Part shown: in pieces, positions 48,864 through 57,077 of the stretch
Layout of the letters: every line of letters starts with the position of its first letter
Position numbering within the stretch: position 1 is the first letter of the stretch
Assembly (NCBI GenBank): GCA_963776345.1
Contig: CAVZMH010000003.1
Coordinates: 153,271 to 217,270, forward strand
Direction: 5' to 3'
DNA: 64,000 bases
Origin: an uncultured delta proteobacterium
GTDB lineage: Bacteria; Myxococcota; Myxococcia; Myxococcales; Myxococcaceae
Translations under genes and position numbers: made by a program
Notes under the pieces: generated by a model
The model's database searches: none
What the model was told of the DNA's origin: nothing
What the model saw: the letters and a program-made list of their open reading frames with translations, nothing else

Positions 48864-48891
48864 AACTACGCCCGGCGACCGGGAAAGTTGG
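48864..48891 (-). promoter_or_regulatory. Candidate autoregulatory ECF promoter
   Basis: CCAAC-N16-CGTAGTT directly 5' of the sigma gene; sigmaW-like AAC-N16-CGTA. Confidence 0.6.
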
Positions 48892-48897
48892 TCGCCC

Positions 48898-49191
48898 TCA
48901 TCCAGCCTCCACGATCTCGAAGATCCGGTCGAATCCGGAGTACTGGAAGACGTCACGGAGGTGCTTGCTGAGACCCACCAGACGGAGCCGGCCGGCCGAG
49001 GCCATCAACCGCTTCTGCGTCTTGAGCAGCACGCCGAGGCCGGCGCTCGAGATGTACTCCAGCCGGGCGCAGTCGAGGACGATGACCCCCTCCATGCGAT
49101 CGAGGAACTGCTGTGCTGTCGGGGCCTGAGCGGCGTCCAGCCGCCCGGACACCACCACCTTTCCATCAGGGAGCTGCTCAATCGAGAGCAT
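48898..49191 (-). CDS. STAS anti-sigma antagonist (RsbV/SpoIIAA-like)
   Basis: GRLDA, LEYISSAGL (phospho-acceptor Ser), VF..SGFD.IF. Confidence 0.92.
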   Translation of the reverse strand: MLSIEQLPDGKVVVSGRLDAAQAPTAQQFLDRMEGVIVLDCARLEYISSAGLGVLLKTQKRLMASAGRLRLVGLSKHLRDVFQYSGFDRIFEIVEAG

Positions 49192-50869
49192 GGGGGCCTC
49201 CCCGCGTCTTGCGGAAGGTGATCCGGCTCTGCCGGCGATGGGGATCATACTGGTAGTCGATCGAGTCCACGATCCGTCTCACCAGATGAAGCCCGAGCCC
49301 ACCGGGCTCCCGTTCCGCCAGAGGGCGGTCGACGTCCACCTCGGGAGCGGTGCCGGGGTCGAAGCGTTCGACTCCCTCGTCGACGAGGGTCGTCTCCACC
49401 CCCCCGGGGATCGGTGCCAGCGACAGCTGCACGTCGGTGCCGCCGCCGCGAGCGTACTTGACCATGTTGGTGAACAGCTCCTCCACCGCCAGCTCGACCG
49501 GCTGTCGCAGCGAGGGGTCCACCCCGAGCCGGACCAGCTCTCGACCGATGAACGCGAAGATGGAGTCCAGGGCGTCGATGCGGCGCGGAAACCGGGTCGC
49601 GGGCGGCGGCAGCTCTCGCTTGATGAGCACTGCCGTCATGTCGTCCTCCTGGGCCGCGCCGCGGGCGAAGGTGCGCACCGACTCCCGCAGCACGCCCGCG
49701 AGCTCGGCCATGGTCTTTCCGTGATGCTTCCGTAGCACCTCGGCGACCCGCTCCTGACCGTACTCTTGCCCGTCGGGGTCCGGGTGCTCCAGGTAACCGT
49801 CGGAGAGCAGGACCAGAACGTCGCCTGGCTCGAGCGCGAGGGTGGGCGCAGCCTCCAGGGTGGCGAGCGGCATGGCTCCCAGGGGGAAGCTGGTGGGCCG
49901 GTGCGCCTCGAGCTCGCCACTGCCGCCGCGGAAGAGGAGGATCGGACCCTGTCCGGCGCTGTGAAACCGGAGCCGATGGGCCTGCGGATCGAGCACCCCG
50001 ACGAAGGCGGTGATGAAGTGGTCTCCCGGCAAGGCCTCGGCAAGCAGATTGTTCACCTCGATGAAGGACGCCTCGAGTCCGCCGCCGAGGCGGAAGGCCA
50101 TCCGCAGCATCGCCTGCATCTGCGAGACCGACAGGGCCGGACCCATCCCGTGTCCGGTGGCGTCGGCCAGCACCACCATCAGACCCTGGTCGAGGAGGGC
50201 GAGGTCGAAGGTGTCGCCGCCGGTGAGGGCTGCGGGGTCGAATGCGCCGTGGACGTCGTAGCCCGGGACTGACGGCATGCGGGCGGGCAAGGTGGCGCGT
50301 TGCACCACCCGCGCCATCTCCAGCTCCTTCCGCATGAGCTCGCCCTCGACCAGGGCCTCCGTCAACCGGACGCGCTCGAGGGCCACCGCGCACTGCGCTG
50401 CCAGCACCGTGGCCAGAGCCTCGTCCTCCTCCAGAAAGGTGCCCGAGGTCTTGTTGAGCACCTGCATCACGCCGACCAGCGCGTCCTGGTGGCCGACCAG
50501 CGGAAGGGTCAGGATGCAGCGCGTGTGGTACCCGGTCTGGTGATCGAGGGTCGGGTCGAAGCGGGGGTCGGCGTAGCAATCGGGCACGTTGATCAGCTGG
50601 CGCGTCCGGGCGCAGGTGCCGACCAGGCCCGCGCTGGCCGGGACCCGCACCGCGCCGAGCTCGCCGGAACCCCGCATCACCAGCTCGTCGGTCGCCGCCT
50701 CGTAGAGCCAGACCGATGCGCGCTCCGCCCGGAGGACCTGGCGCGCGGCGGTGACCACCTGACCGAGCATGGTCTCGAGATCGAAGGGCGTGGCGAGCTT
50801 CCTCGCGACGGCCAGGATGGGCTCCAGGTCGCGCGGAGAAAGGTCGCTGAACGGCGACGCCAGCTGCAT
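49178..50869 (-). CDS. GAF - PP2C (SpoIIE/RsbU) - RsbW-type HATPase fusion
   Basis: GAF (DCYADPRF..D..TGY.T), GGD, ADATGHG, SDG, EDDMT; EELFTNMVKY, DEG, GGLGL. Confidence 0.92.
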   Translation of the reverse strand: MQLASPFSDLSPRDLEPILAVARKLATPFDLETMLGQVVTAARQVLRAERASVWLYEAATDELVMRGSGELGAVRVPASAGLVGTCARTRQLINVPDCYADPRFDPTLDHQTGYHTRCILTLPLVGHQDALVGVMQVLNKTSGTFLEEDEALATVLAAQCAVALERVRLTEALVEGELMRKELEMARVVQRATLPARMPSVPGYDVHGAFDPAALTGGDTFDLALLDQGLMVVLADATGHGMGPALSVSQMQAMLRMAFRLGGGLEASFIEVNNLLAEALPGDHFITAFVGVLDPQAHRLRFHSAGQGPILLFRGGSGELEAHRPTSFPLGAMPLATLEAAPTLALEPGDVLVLLSDGYLEHPDPDGQEYGQERVAEVLRKHHGKTMAELAGVLRESVRTFARGAAQEDDMTAVLIKRELPPPATRFPRRIDALDSIFAFIGRELVRLGVDPSLRQPVELAVEELFTNMVKYARGGGTDVQLSLAPIPGGVETTLVDEGVERFDPGTAPEVDVDRPLAEREPGGLGLHLVRRIVDSIDYQYDPHRRQSRITFRKTRGGPHALD

Positions 50870-50951
50870 GTCCCGGGAGTATCCCGCCTGGTCCGGAAGC
50901 CGTCCAACCTGGGCTTGATCCGGCGGTCTCAAGCGATGGACGCACCATCCC

Positions 50952-51095
50952 GGGATGCGCAAGGGCGAGCTGCTCGCGCTGCGGAAGCAGGACGTGGACC
51001 TCGCGGCGCGTGTCATCGTCGTCAGGCGGAGCTGGGAACGTGACACGACGAAGGGCGGCCACGGGAAAGCCGTGCCCATCGCCGAGGCCCTGGTC
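50952..51095 (+). pseudogene. Tyrosine integrase internal fragment (box I)
   Basis: GMRKGELLALRKQDVDL..I.VRRS...TTK....VPI. Confidence 0.8.
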
Positions 51096-51230
51096 CGCTT
51101 CTACCAGCGGCAGGGTTTTCGGATGGCCTGGATCGAGCGAGATGCCTTCACCCCGGCGACAGGGTACCCCGAACGACTGGCGGTCGATGGCATTCCGGTT
51201 CGGGACCAGGTGTGGCTCGACCAGCCCCTC
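51096..51230 (+). pseudogene. GNAT acetyltransferase C-terminal fragment fused to the integrase fragment
   Basis: RFYQRQGFRM..IERDAF...GY..DGIPVRD. Confidence 0.65.
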
Positions 51231-51239
51231 GGTCCGCCC

Positions 51240-51732
51240 GCTCCGGCGGCGCGCGGTCGCCGCCGCGCTCGTGGCTGCCGTCGCGGCCATGGTCTGGATC
51301 CACGGCGGCTCTCGCGCCGGAGGCAGCGTCGCCGTCGATGAGCTGGAGGCCCGTCATCTGACCGCCTTCGCCAGGGCCGCGCCGTGCGATTTCGAGTCGG
51401 CGGACCCGGCTGCGGTGCGAGCCTGGATCGCTGATCAGTTCGGACAGGAGGTCGAGGTGCCGAGCGTGCCAGGAGCGAGGTTGCTCGGAGTCCGTCGCTG
51501 CAACCTCTCGGGCGAACCGACGGTGTCCCTGATGTACCGGCGGGGAGGTGAGCCGCTCAGCCTGTTCGTCTCGCCGCCTGGAACGCCGACGGCGGTCGAG
51601 AGCGTCCGCCTTGCCGGAGCGAAGGCCGGCTGCACGGTGGGCCGGCTCGGCGCGGCGGTGTGTGCCCGTCCAGGCCTGTTCGCCGTGGCCGAGACGGTCG
51701 GGAGCGCGAGGGCCGCCATCGACTCATTCTGA
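51240..51732 (+). pseudogene. 5'-truncated anti-sigma factor (TM plus periplasmic domain)
   Basis: TM then H..ESADP..VRAW..P...GARLLG.R.C..LMY..LSLFV; no N-terminal anti-sigma domain. Confidence 0.65.
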
Positions 51733-52158
51733 ACCGACGTCGAGGCGCTTGCGCATCAGCAGATTCCGGTGGCCGCGCGGGTGGTCGGCAATCGTCGCCA
51801 CCACCTCGAAGCCGTTCCGCTCGTAGAATTCCGGCGCCTGGAACGAGAACGTCATCAGCAGGATCTGGCTGCAGCCGCGCCGACGCGCCTCTCGCTCGGC
51901 GGCGCGAAACAGCCGGGTGCCGAGCCCTCGATGACGATGTGACTCCTCGACCCAGAACTGCCGGATCTCGCACGCTCCGCCCCAGGTATTGCCGCAGATG
52001 CCGGCGATGATCCGACCGAACCCGTCCCTGGAGAAGACCGCGAGCCACCGGCCGTCCCCGATGCCGGTGACGCCGGAGTTGTATTCGTAGATGCGATCTT
52101 CCAGGTACTGCACCTCGTCCGGCGTCGGCTCGGACGGCGTCAACTCGGTCGCACTCAT
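51724..52158 (-). CDS. GNAT N-acetyltransferase
   Basis: WVEESHRHRGLG, TFSFQAPEFYERNGF. Confidence 0.9.
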   Translation of the reverse strand: MSATELTPSEPTPDEVQYLEDRIYEYNSGVTGIGDGRWLAVFSRDGFGRIIAGICGNTWGGACEIRQFWVEESHRHRGLGTRLFRAAEREARRRGCSQILLMTFSFQAPEFYERNGFEVVATIADHPRGHRNLLMRKRLDVGSE

Positions 52159-52183
52159 TCTCGTTCTCCTCGCTGGCGCACTC

Positions 52184-52975
52184 TCAGCGGCTGGGGGTGC
52201 TCTCCCCGCTCCCGGCTGCGAGCAGCCCCGGCAGCGGCGAGAGGGAGGTCAGCGTCGTGTACGCGGGCGCGGCGAGCTCCTCGCGGGGGATGCCGGCCCG
52301 GTTGATCCAGAACGTCCGGAACCCGAACCATGCTCCACCGACCGCGTCCCAGGCGCCGTTGGCCGCGAAGGCGATCCGCTCTCCGGGCACGCCGAAGAAG
52401 TCCACTGCCAGCTGGTAAGCCCTGGGGTCCGGCTTGTACGTCCGGACCGCATCGGTGCTCAGCGAATCGAGCAGCCCCTCCAGTCCGGAGCTCCGTGACA
52501 CGCTGGCCAGCATCCGCGGGCTGAAGTTCGAAAGGAAGGCCAGCTTCCGTCCTTGCGCTCTGAGCTCCTTCAATACCGGTGTCGCCTCCGGCCAGGGGGG
52601 AAGCTGAACCGTCGCCTCGAGGAAGGCGCGCCGGACCTCGGCGGAGAGGCTCAGCTGGAGCGCCGCGGCGGCGTAGGCGAGGGCCTCGGCGCTCACCGTC
52701 TCGAAGTTCGAGTACTTCCCCCCGACGACGCGAAGCCAGCTGTACTCGAAGAGCCGGTTCCGCCAGGCCTCGACCAGCCTTGCCCCCTGGCCGGGAACGA
52801 GGCGCTCGGCCGCCGCGACCACCGGCCGCCCGTCCAGGAGAGTGAAGGCGTCGAAGGCAACCGCGTCGATCCTCCCAGTCGCCTCCTTCCCCCGCGCCGG
52901 AAGTGCACGGGCCGCCAGCCCTCCGACCACTGTCCCACCGACGAGTTCGAGGAACTCCCGACGATGCGTTCTCAT
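52184..52975 (-). CDS. Haloacid dehalogenase type II-like HAD hydrolase with Tat signal
   Basis: HRREFL; AFD, WR..LFEYSW, LSN, YKPDP, WD..GA. Confidence 0.85.
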   Translation of the reverse strand: MRTHRREFLELVGGTVVGGLAARALPARGKEATGRIDAVAFDAFTLLDGRPVVAAAERLVPGQGARLVEAWRNRLFEYSWLRVVGGKYSNFETVSAEALAYAAAALQLSLSAEVRRAFLEATVQLPPWPEATPVLKELRAQGRKLAFLSNFSPRMLASVSRSSGLEGLLDSLSTDAVRTYKPDPRAYQLAVDFFGVPGERIAFAANGAWDAVGGAWFGFRTFWINRAGIPREELAAPAYTTLTSLSPLPGLLAAGSGESTPSR

Positions 52976-53066
52976 GCTCGTTCTCCTTGAGGGACCACGA
53001 ACGCCGCGGTCCCCACTCCAGGGTGTGAGGGAGGCCAGCCCCGCGACAGCTCATTTTCGTTTAGAG

Positions 53067-53086
53067 TTCATGCATTCCTGCATGAA
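53067..53086. promoter_or_regulatory. LysR-type operator (perfect inverted repeat)
   Basis: TTCATGCA-TTCC-TGCATGAA overlapping the LysR start. Confidence 0.7.
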
Positions 53087-53993
53087 GACCATCGACTGGG
53101 ACGACCTGCGGTTCCTGCTCGCGCTCTCGCGACACGGGACGCTCACCGCTGCGGCCACGGAACTGGGGGTGACGCAGCCCACCGTGGGAAGACGCCTGGC
53201 CGGGCTCGAGCGCCGGCTGGGGGCCAAGCTGTTCCGCAGCACTCCCCAGGGGGCGGAGCTGTCCTCGGTCGGCGAGGCGCTCGTTCGCCGGGCCCAGCGC
53301 ATGGAGGCGGAGGCGCTCGAGGCGACGCGGCTGGCGAGTGGACGCGACGAGGGCGTGCAGGGACGGCTGACCATCACCGCCTCGGAGTGGCTGGTGGCCC
53401 GGATCCTCGGGCCCGGCCTCCGCCCGCTGCTCGAGACCCACCCTGGCCTCCGCGTCGACCTCGTCGCCAGCGCGCGCTGGGCCAACCTGGCGCGGGGGGA
53501 GGCGGATCTCGCGCTGCGTCCGGCGGGATTCCAGCAGCAATCGGTCTTCCAGCGCGAGCTCGCCCGGGCTGCCTATGGCCTCTACGCCTCGGGCGAATAC
53601 CTACAGGGGCACGGTCGTCCCGACTTCGCCCGCGGCTGCGTGGGTCACGTCCTCCTCGCCATGGACGAGGACGTTGCGACCGCGGACGCTCCCTGGCTCC
53701 GGGAGATCGCCGCCGAGGTCAGGGTCGGTGCCCGGACCAACGGGCGCGAGGCGCTCGCCGCGATGGCCGCTGCCGGGCTCGGGATGGCCTGCCTTCCCCG
53801 TCTGGTGGGGGACCGGACCCCAGGACTCGAGGTTCTGTCCCCGCCCGTTCCCGCCCCCGAGCGCCGTCTCTGGCTTGGCGTTCACCGTGACGTCCGGAAG
53901 CTGGCGCGGGTACGCGCGGCCATCGATCACCTGAGCGCGCTCCTGCGGCGGGCGCAGCCTGCCTTGCTGGGCGCGGCGCCGGGCCGCCTGTAA
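53082..53993 (+). CDS. LysR-family regulator
   Basis: DWDDLR..GTLTAAA.LGVTQPTVGRR; EADLALR. Confidence 0.93.
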   Translation: MKTIDWDDLRFLLALSRHGTLTAAATELGVTQPTVGRRLAGLERRLGAKLFRSTPQGAELSSVGEALVRRAQRMEAEALEATRLASGRDEGVQGRLTITASEWLVARILGPGLRPLLETHPGLRVDLVASARWANLARGEADLALRPAGFQQQSVFQRELARAAYGLYASGEYLQGHGRPDFARGCVGHVLLAMDEDVATADAPWLREIAAEVRVGARTNGREALAAMAAAGLGMACLPRLVGDRTPGLEVLSPPVPAPERRLWLGVHRDVRKLARVRAAIDHLSALLRRAQPALLGAAPGRL

Positions 53994-54038
53994 CCGCGTT
54001 CGCGACTGCCGCGTAGGTCCGCTCAGGAGACAGCGCAC

Positions 54039-54539
54039 ATGCACCCGAGCTTCCTCGACGTCCGCCGTGGCCAGCAGCTCCAGATCCTGGGCGCGGGCAT
54101 CCTTCGCTACGGCGTCACCTTCCTTCTTCTCCTCTTCGGAACTCTCAAGTTCTTCCGGTTCGAGGCGGAGGCCATCCAGCCGCTCCTCACTCACTCGCCC
54201 TTCCTGGCCTGGTTGCCGGCGACCCTCGGCGTCCGGGGAAGCTCGGCGCTGATCGGGGTGGTCGAGCTCACCGCTGGTCTCGGGATCGCTCTCGGGCCAT
54301 GGTGGCCGAGGCTCGGCGCCATCGCCGGGCTGATCGCCACCGGGACGTTCCTCACCACGCTCTCCTTCCTCGTCACGACGCCGGGCGTGCTTGCCCCGGG
54401 GAGCGACGCCGGGGGCTTCCTCCTCAAGGACCTGGTCCTGCTGGGCGCGGCGATCCACGCCGCCGGGACGTCGCTTCTCGCCGCCGCGGCGTCGAGACCG
54501 ACCGAGCCGTCCCCGGTTCTTGTCCCTGCGACCCGATAG
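54039..54539 (+). CDS. DUF417 (YkgB/RclC-like) membrane protein
   Basis: RYG..KF..FEAEAIQPL..SPF; TLSFLVTTP; FLLKD. Confidence 0.85.
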   Translation: MHPSFLDVRRGQQLQILGAGILRYGVTFLLLLFGTLKFFRFEAEAIQPLLTHSPFLAWLPATLGVRGSSALIGVVELTAGLGIALGPWWPRLGAIAGLIATGTFLTTLSFLVTTPGVLAPGSDAGGFLLKDLVLLGAAIHAAGTSLLAAAASRPTEPSPVLVPATR

Positions 54540-54726
54540 ACGTTCCGCTGGAGGCCCCGGGCCCGGGACGGCGCCGGATGCTCGGGCCGCGAATCCGGCG
54601 CGTAGCCACGGTGTTCACGCGCGAGCCGAGGTCTCCTCGTGGCCAGAGGCAAGCCCGGCCATGCGATCTCCGGTGTACTCCGGCAGGCGGAAGGGCCGAG
54701 GCAGGGGGTGCAGCCCGCAGCTCTGC

Positions 54727-54831
54727 CTCGCCCACCTCATCGAAGACGGCCTCGGGGACGAGGACGTGGAAGTGAGGCGTCAGCTGGAGCGCCGAGCCGA
54801 AGCGCTGGACGAAGGCCGCGGCGCCAGTCAG
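54727..54831 (-). mobile_element. IS91-family (HUH/Y2) transposase fragment
   Basis: GAAAFVQRFGSALQLTPHFHVLVPEAVF. Confidence 0.75.
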
Positions 54832-55001
54832 GGGCAGTCGTCCTAGCGCGCACCGCATGCGGTGTTAAATTCAAAACCCGGCGTCTTCGGCGTCCTACCG
54901 CGCTCGACCCGGATTCAGCGAGAGGACCAGGCTGCCAAGCCGCCAAGCGCTGGATGGTACCCGTCACCATTGGTCGCATCACTTAGCAGCAGGAGAGAGC
55001 C

Positions 55002-55244
55002 ATGAAGACACGTCAGACGCTGTTCATTACCGCCGTTCTCGCCGGCACTCTAACCCTGCTCGGATGTCCACCGGCGCCGACGCCACAGCAGCAGGGTGGC
55101 GGTATGGGTCAGGGGACAATGCATGACCAGGGAACGGGCTCCGGGCAGAGGATGATGGACGGCCAGGGAGCCGGCACGGGCCCCGGAGCGATGGGCTCGG
55201 AGGCAGGCACGATGCCCCACGGAACGACCCCTCCACCGAAGTAG
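55002..55244 (+). CDS. Small Gly/Met-rich lipoprotein
   Basis: AGGAG RBS, lipobox LLGC, GMGQGTM-like low-complexity tail. Confidence 0.7.
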   Translation: MKTRQTLFITAVLAGTLTLLGCPPAPTPQQQGGGMGQGTMHDQGTGSGQRMMDGQGAGTGPGAMGSEAGTMPHGTTPPPK

Positions 55245-55411
55245 GCACCGACACCAAAGTGAGTCCGGCCGAGCCGGCGGATGGTTTCGCGAGAGTGCCT
55301 CGGCTCCGGGACCGCCGGACGCGAACGTGAGCACTGTTCCAGTTCAGGGGACCTGCTCGCCGAGGTGGGGTGAGCCGGGTCCCCGGACGCGCCCACGCCG
55401 GCTCGGCTCGC

Positions 55412-56374
55412 CTACTTGCGCACGGCAGCGACCCGTTCTTTGGTGATGGGCGCCGCGCTGTTGCCCCACGAGCTCCTGACGTGGGTGAGCACAGCCGCGA
55501 GGGCAGCGTCGTTGAGCCGACCGCCGAAGGGCGGCATCACGCCGAAGTAACGCTGGTCGCCGATCTTGAGTGGGCCGTTGAGGCCGCCGAGCACGACCTT
55601 GATCAGGCGCTCGTCGGCGCCGAGGATCACCGAATCGCCTCGAAGGGCAGGAAAGACGCCGGGCACCCCTTCGCCCTGGGGGCGATGGCAGGGCGCGCAG
55701 GCCGCTGCGAAGATCGAGGCTCCGTTTGCACCCGTGTCGGTGGGCGCCGGCTGGGCGCCGATGGTGTCCGCGAGCTTGGCATGCTTCTCGGCGACGGCGT
55801 CGAACGTCCGGGCGAGCTTCGTGTCGCCGGTCGACCGCGCCGCCACGCCGCTCTCGTGGCTCATCGTGGCCATCTGGCGATTCCACGTGTCGAGGGCGCA
55901 CGAGCGCTGCCACATCATGCCGTGCCCGGCCATCATCGTGCCCTGGGGTTCTCTCGTTCCCTGGCCGCCCATTCCCTGACCGCCCATCATGTTCGGGCCT
56001 CCCATCGTCCCGGGACTGCCCATCGCGCCGCCGCTGACCGTCAGCTGGTGCATGTGGGCCATCTGGCGCGCGAGGCTCGCCCACGGCTCCTTCGGTGGGG
56101 TAGCCGTGCCGGCGAGCTCCTTGTAGAGGCCCTCGAGCTCCGCGTACGTGGCCGCTTCGGCGCCACCGTCAGCGGATTGAGCCGTCGAGGCCGATGGCGC
56201 GAGGGCTGCCGTCGCGCTCGCCGGCGTAGACGCCTTTGGGGCGGCCGGCCCGGTCGAGCCGTGGCCGTCGTTCCGCTCACAGCCCAGCGCCACGGCTCCG
56301 GCAGCGCCGAGCGCGGCTGCAAGGACGAGAATGAAGGGGAGGCCGCGATCTCGCAATCGACGATGGGTAGGCAT
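55412..56374 (-). CDS. Lipoprotein cytochrome c with a Met/His-rich linker
   Basis: Lipobox ALGC; CAPCH; G.G.PG.FP.L; MPPF; HVRSSWGN. Confidence 0.85.
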   Translation of the reverse strand: MPTHRRLRDRGLPFILVLAAALGAAGAVALGCERNDGHGSTGPAAPKASTPASATAALAPSASTAQSADGGAEAATYAELEGLYKELAGTATPPKEPWASLARQMAHMHQLTVSGGAMGSPGTMGGPNMMGGQGMGGQGTREPQGTMMAGHGMMWQRSCALDTWNRQMATMSHESGVAARSTGDTKLARTFDAVAEKHAKLADTIGAQPAPTDTGANGASIFAAACAPCHRPQGEGVPGVFPALRGDSVILGADERLIKVVLGGLNGPLKIGDQRYFGVMPPFGGRLNDAALAAVLTHVRSSWGNSAAPITKERVAAVRK

Positions 56375-56627
56375 TCGTTCCTTTGCGGCAGATCCGATCC
56401 CCTGGCAACAGCGGGATGTGGCACCGCACCGACTCCGTGGGAAACCAGCGCCTCTGTCTCCGCTTCAAGAAAGAACAACCGCGGCTTGCGGCGGCGTCGA
56501 CGCCCGTGCTCTGGAACACAGCGGCGTGGCGTGGGGCCACGTCGCCACCAGTACCTCCGTGCAGATGCCGAGGGTGCACACGACCTCGCGATGGAGCACG
56601 TGCCAGATCATCGCCGGACGCCGTGCC

Positions 56628-56705
56628 TTACCAAGACGCGTGCAGTTCGTCGCGCCGGTTCTGGGCCCAGGCCTCCTCGGTGTGGTCCGCGTTGGCCGGT
56701 CTGAG
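56628..56705 (-). pseudogene. C-terminal fragment of a Pal/OmpA-domain protein
   Basis: RPANADHTEEAWAQNRRDEL then TAA. Confidence 0.6.
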
Positions 56706-56861
56706 CGCGCATCGGTGCAGCCCCAATCGGTGTAGCTCCAATGGTTAGATATCCATTTGTACTTAGGCACGGGAAGGCACGCTCTGCAAGGGCAATCCAC
56801 GTCGAAGGTGGGTCCGAGGCAACCGTCGCGCGCCGGGGCCACCGGAGGATCGGCGGACGAG

Positions 56862-57077
56862 TTCACCGGCGTGGTACTTCTCCTGGAGATGACCGGCGCC
56901 TTCCCGCTCCTCCTTCCGAAGCTCGCCGGTTCCGGAGCCGCGTACGTCCTGACGGAGTTACTGCGGAGGCCACCGCTGTACGATCTCCTCCGGGAGCGGG
57001 ACGAACGGCTGGAGAGGGCGCGCTCGCAGGCCGGCGCTCAGAGCACCGGCACGCTGGCGACCGAGGTCACCGGATGA
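56862..57077 (+). pseudogene. C-terminal fragment of a ClC chloride transporter
   Basis: FTGVVLLLEMTG.FPLLLP...AY......PLYD.LRER. Confidence 0.75.
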
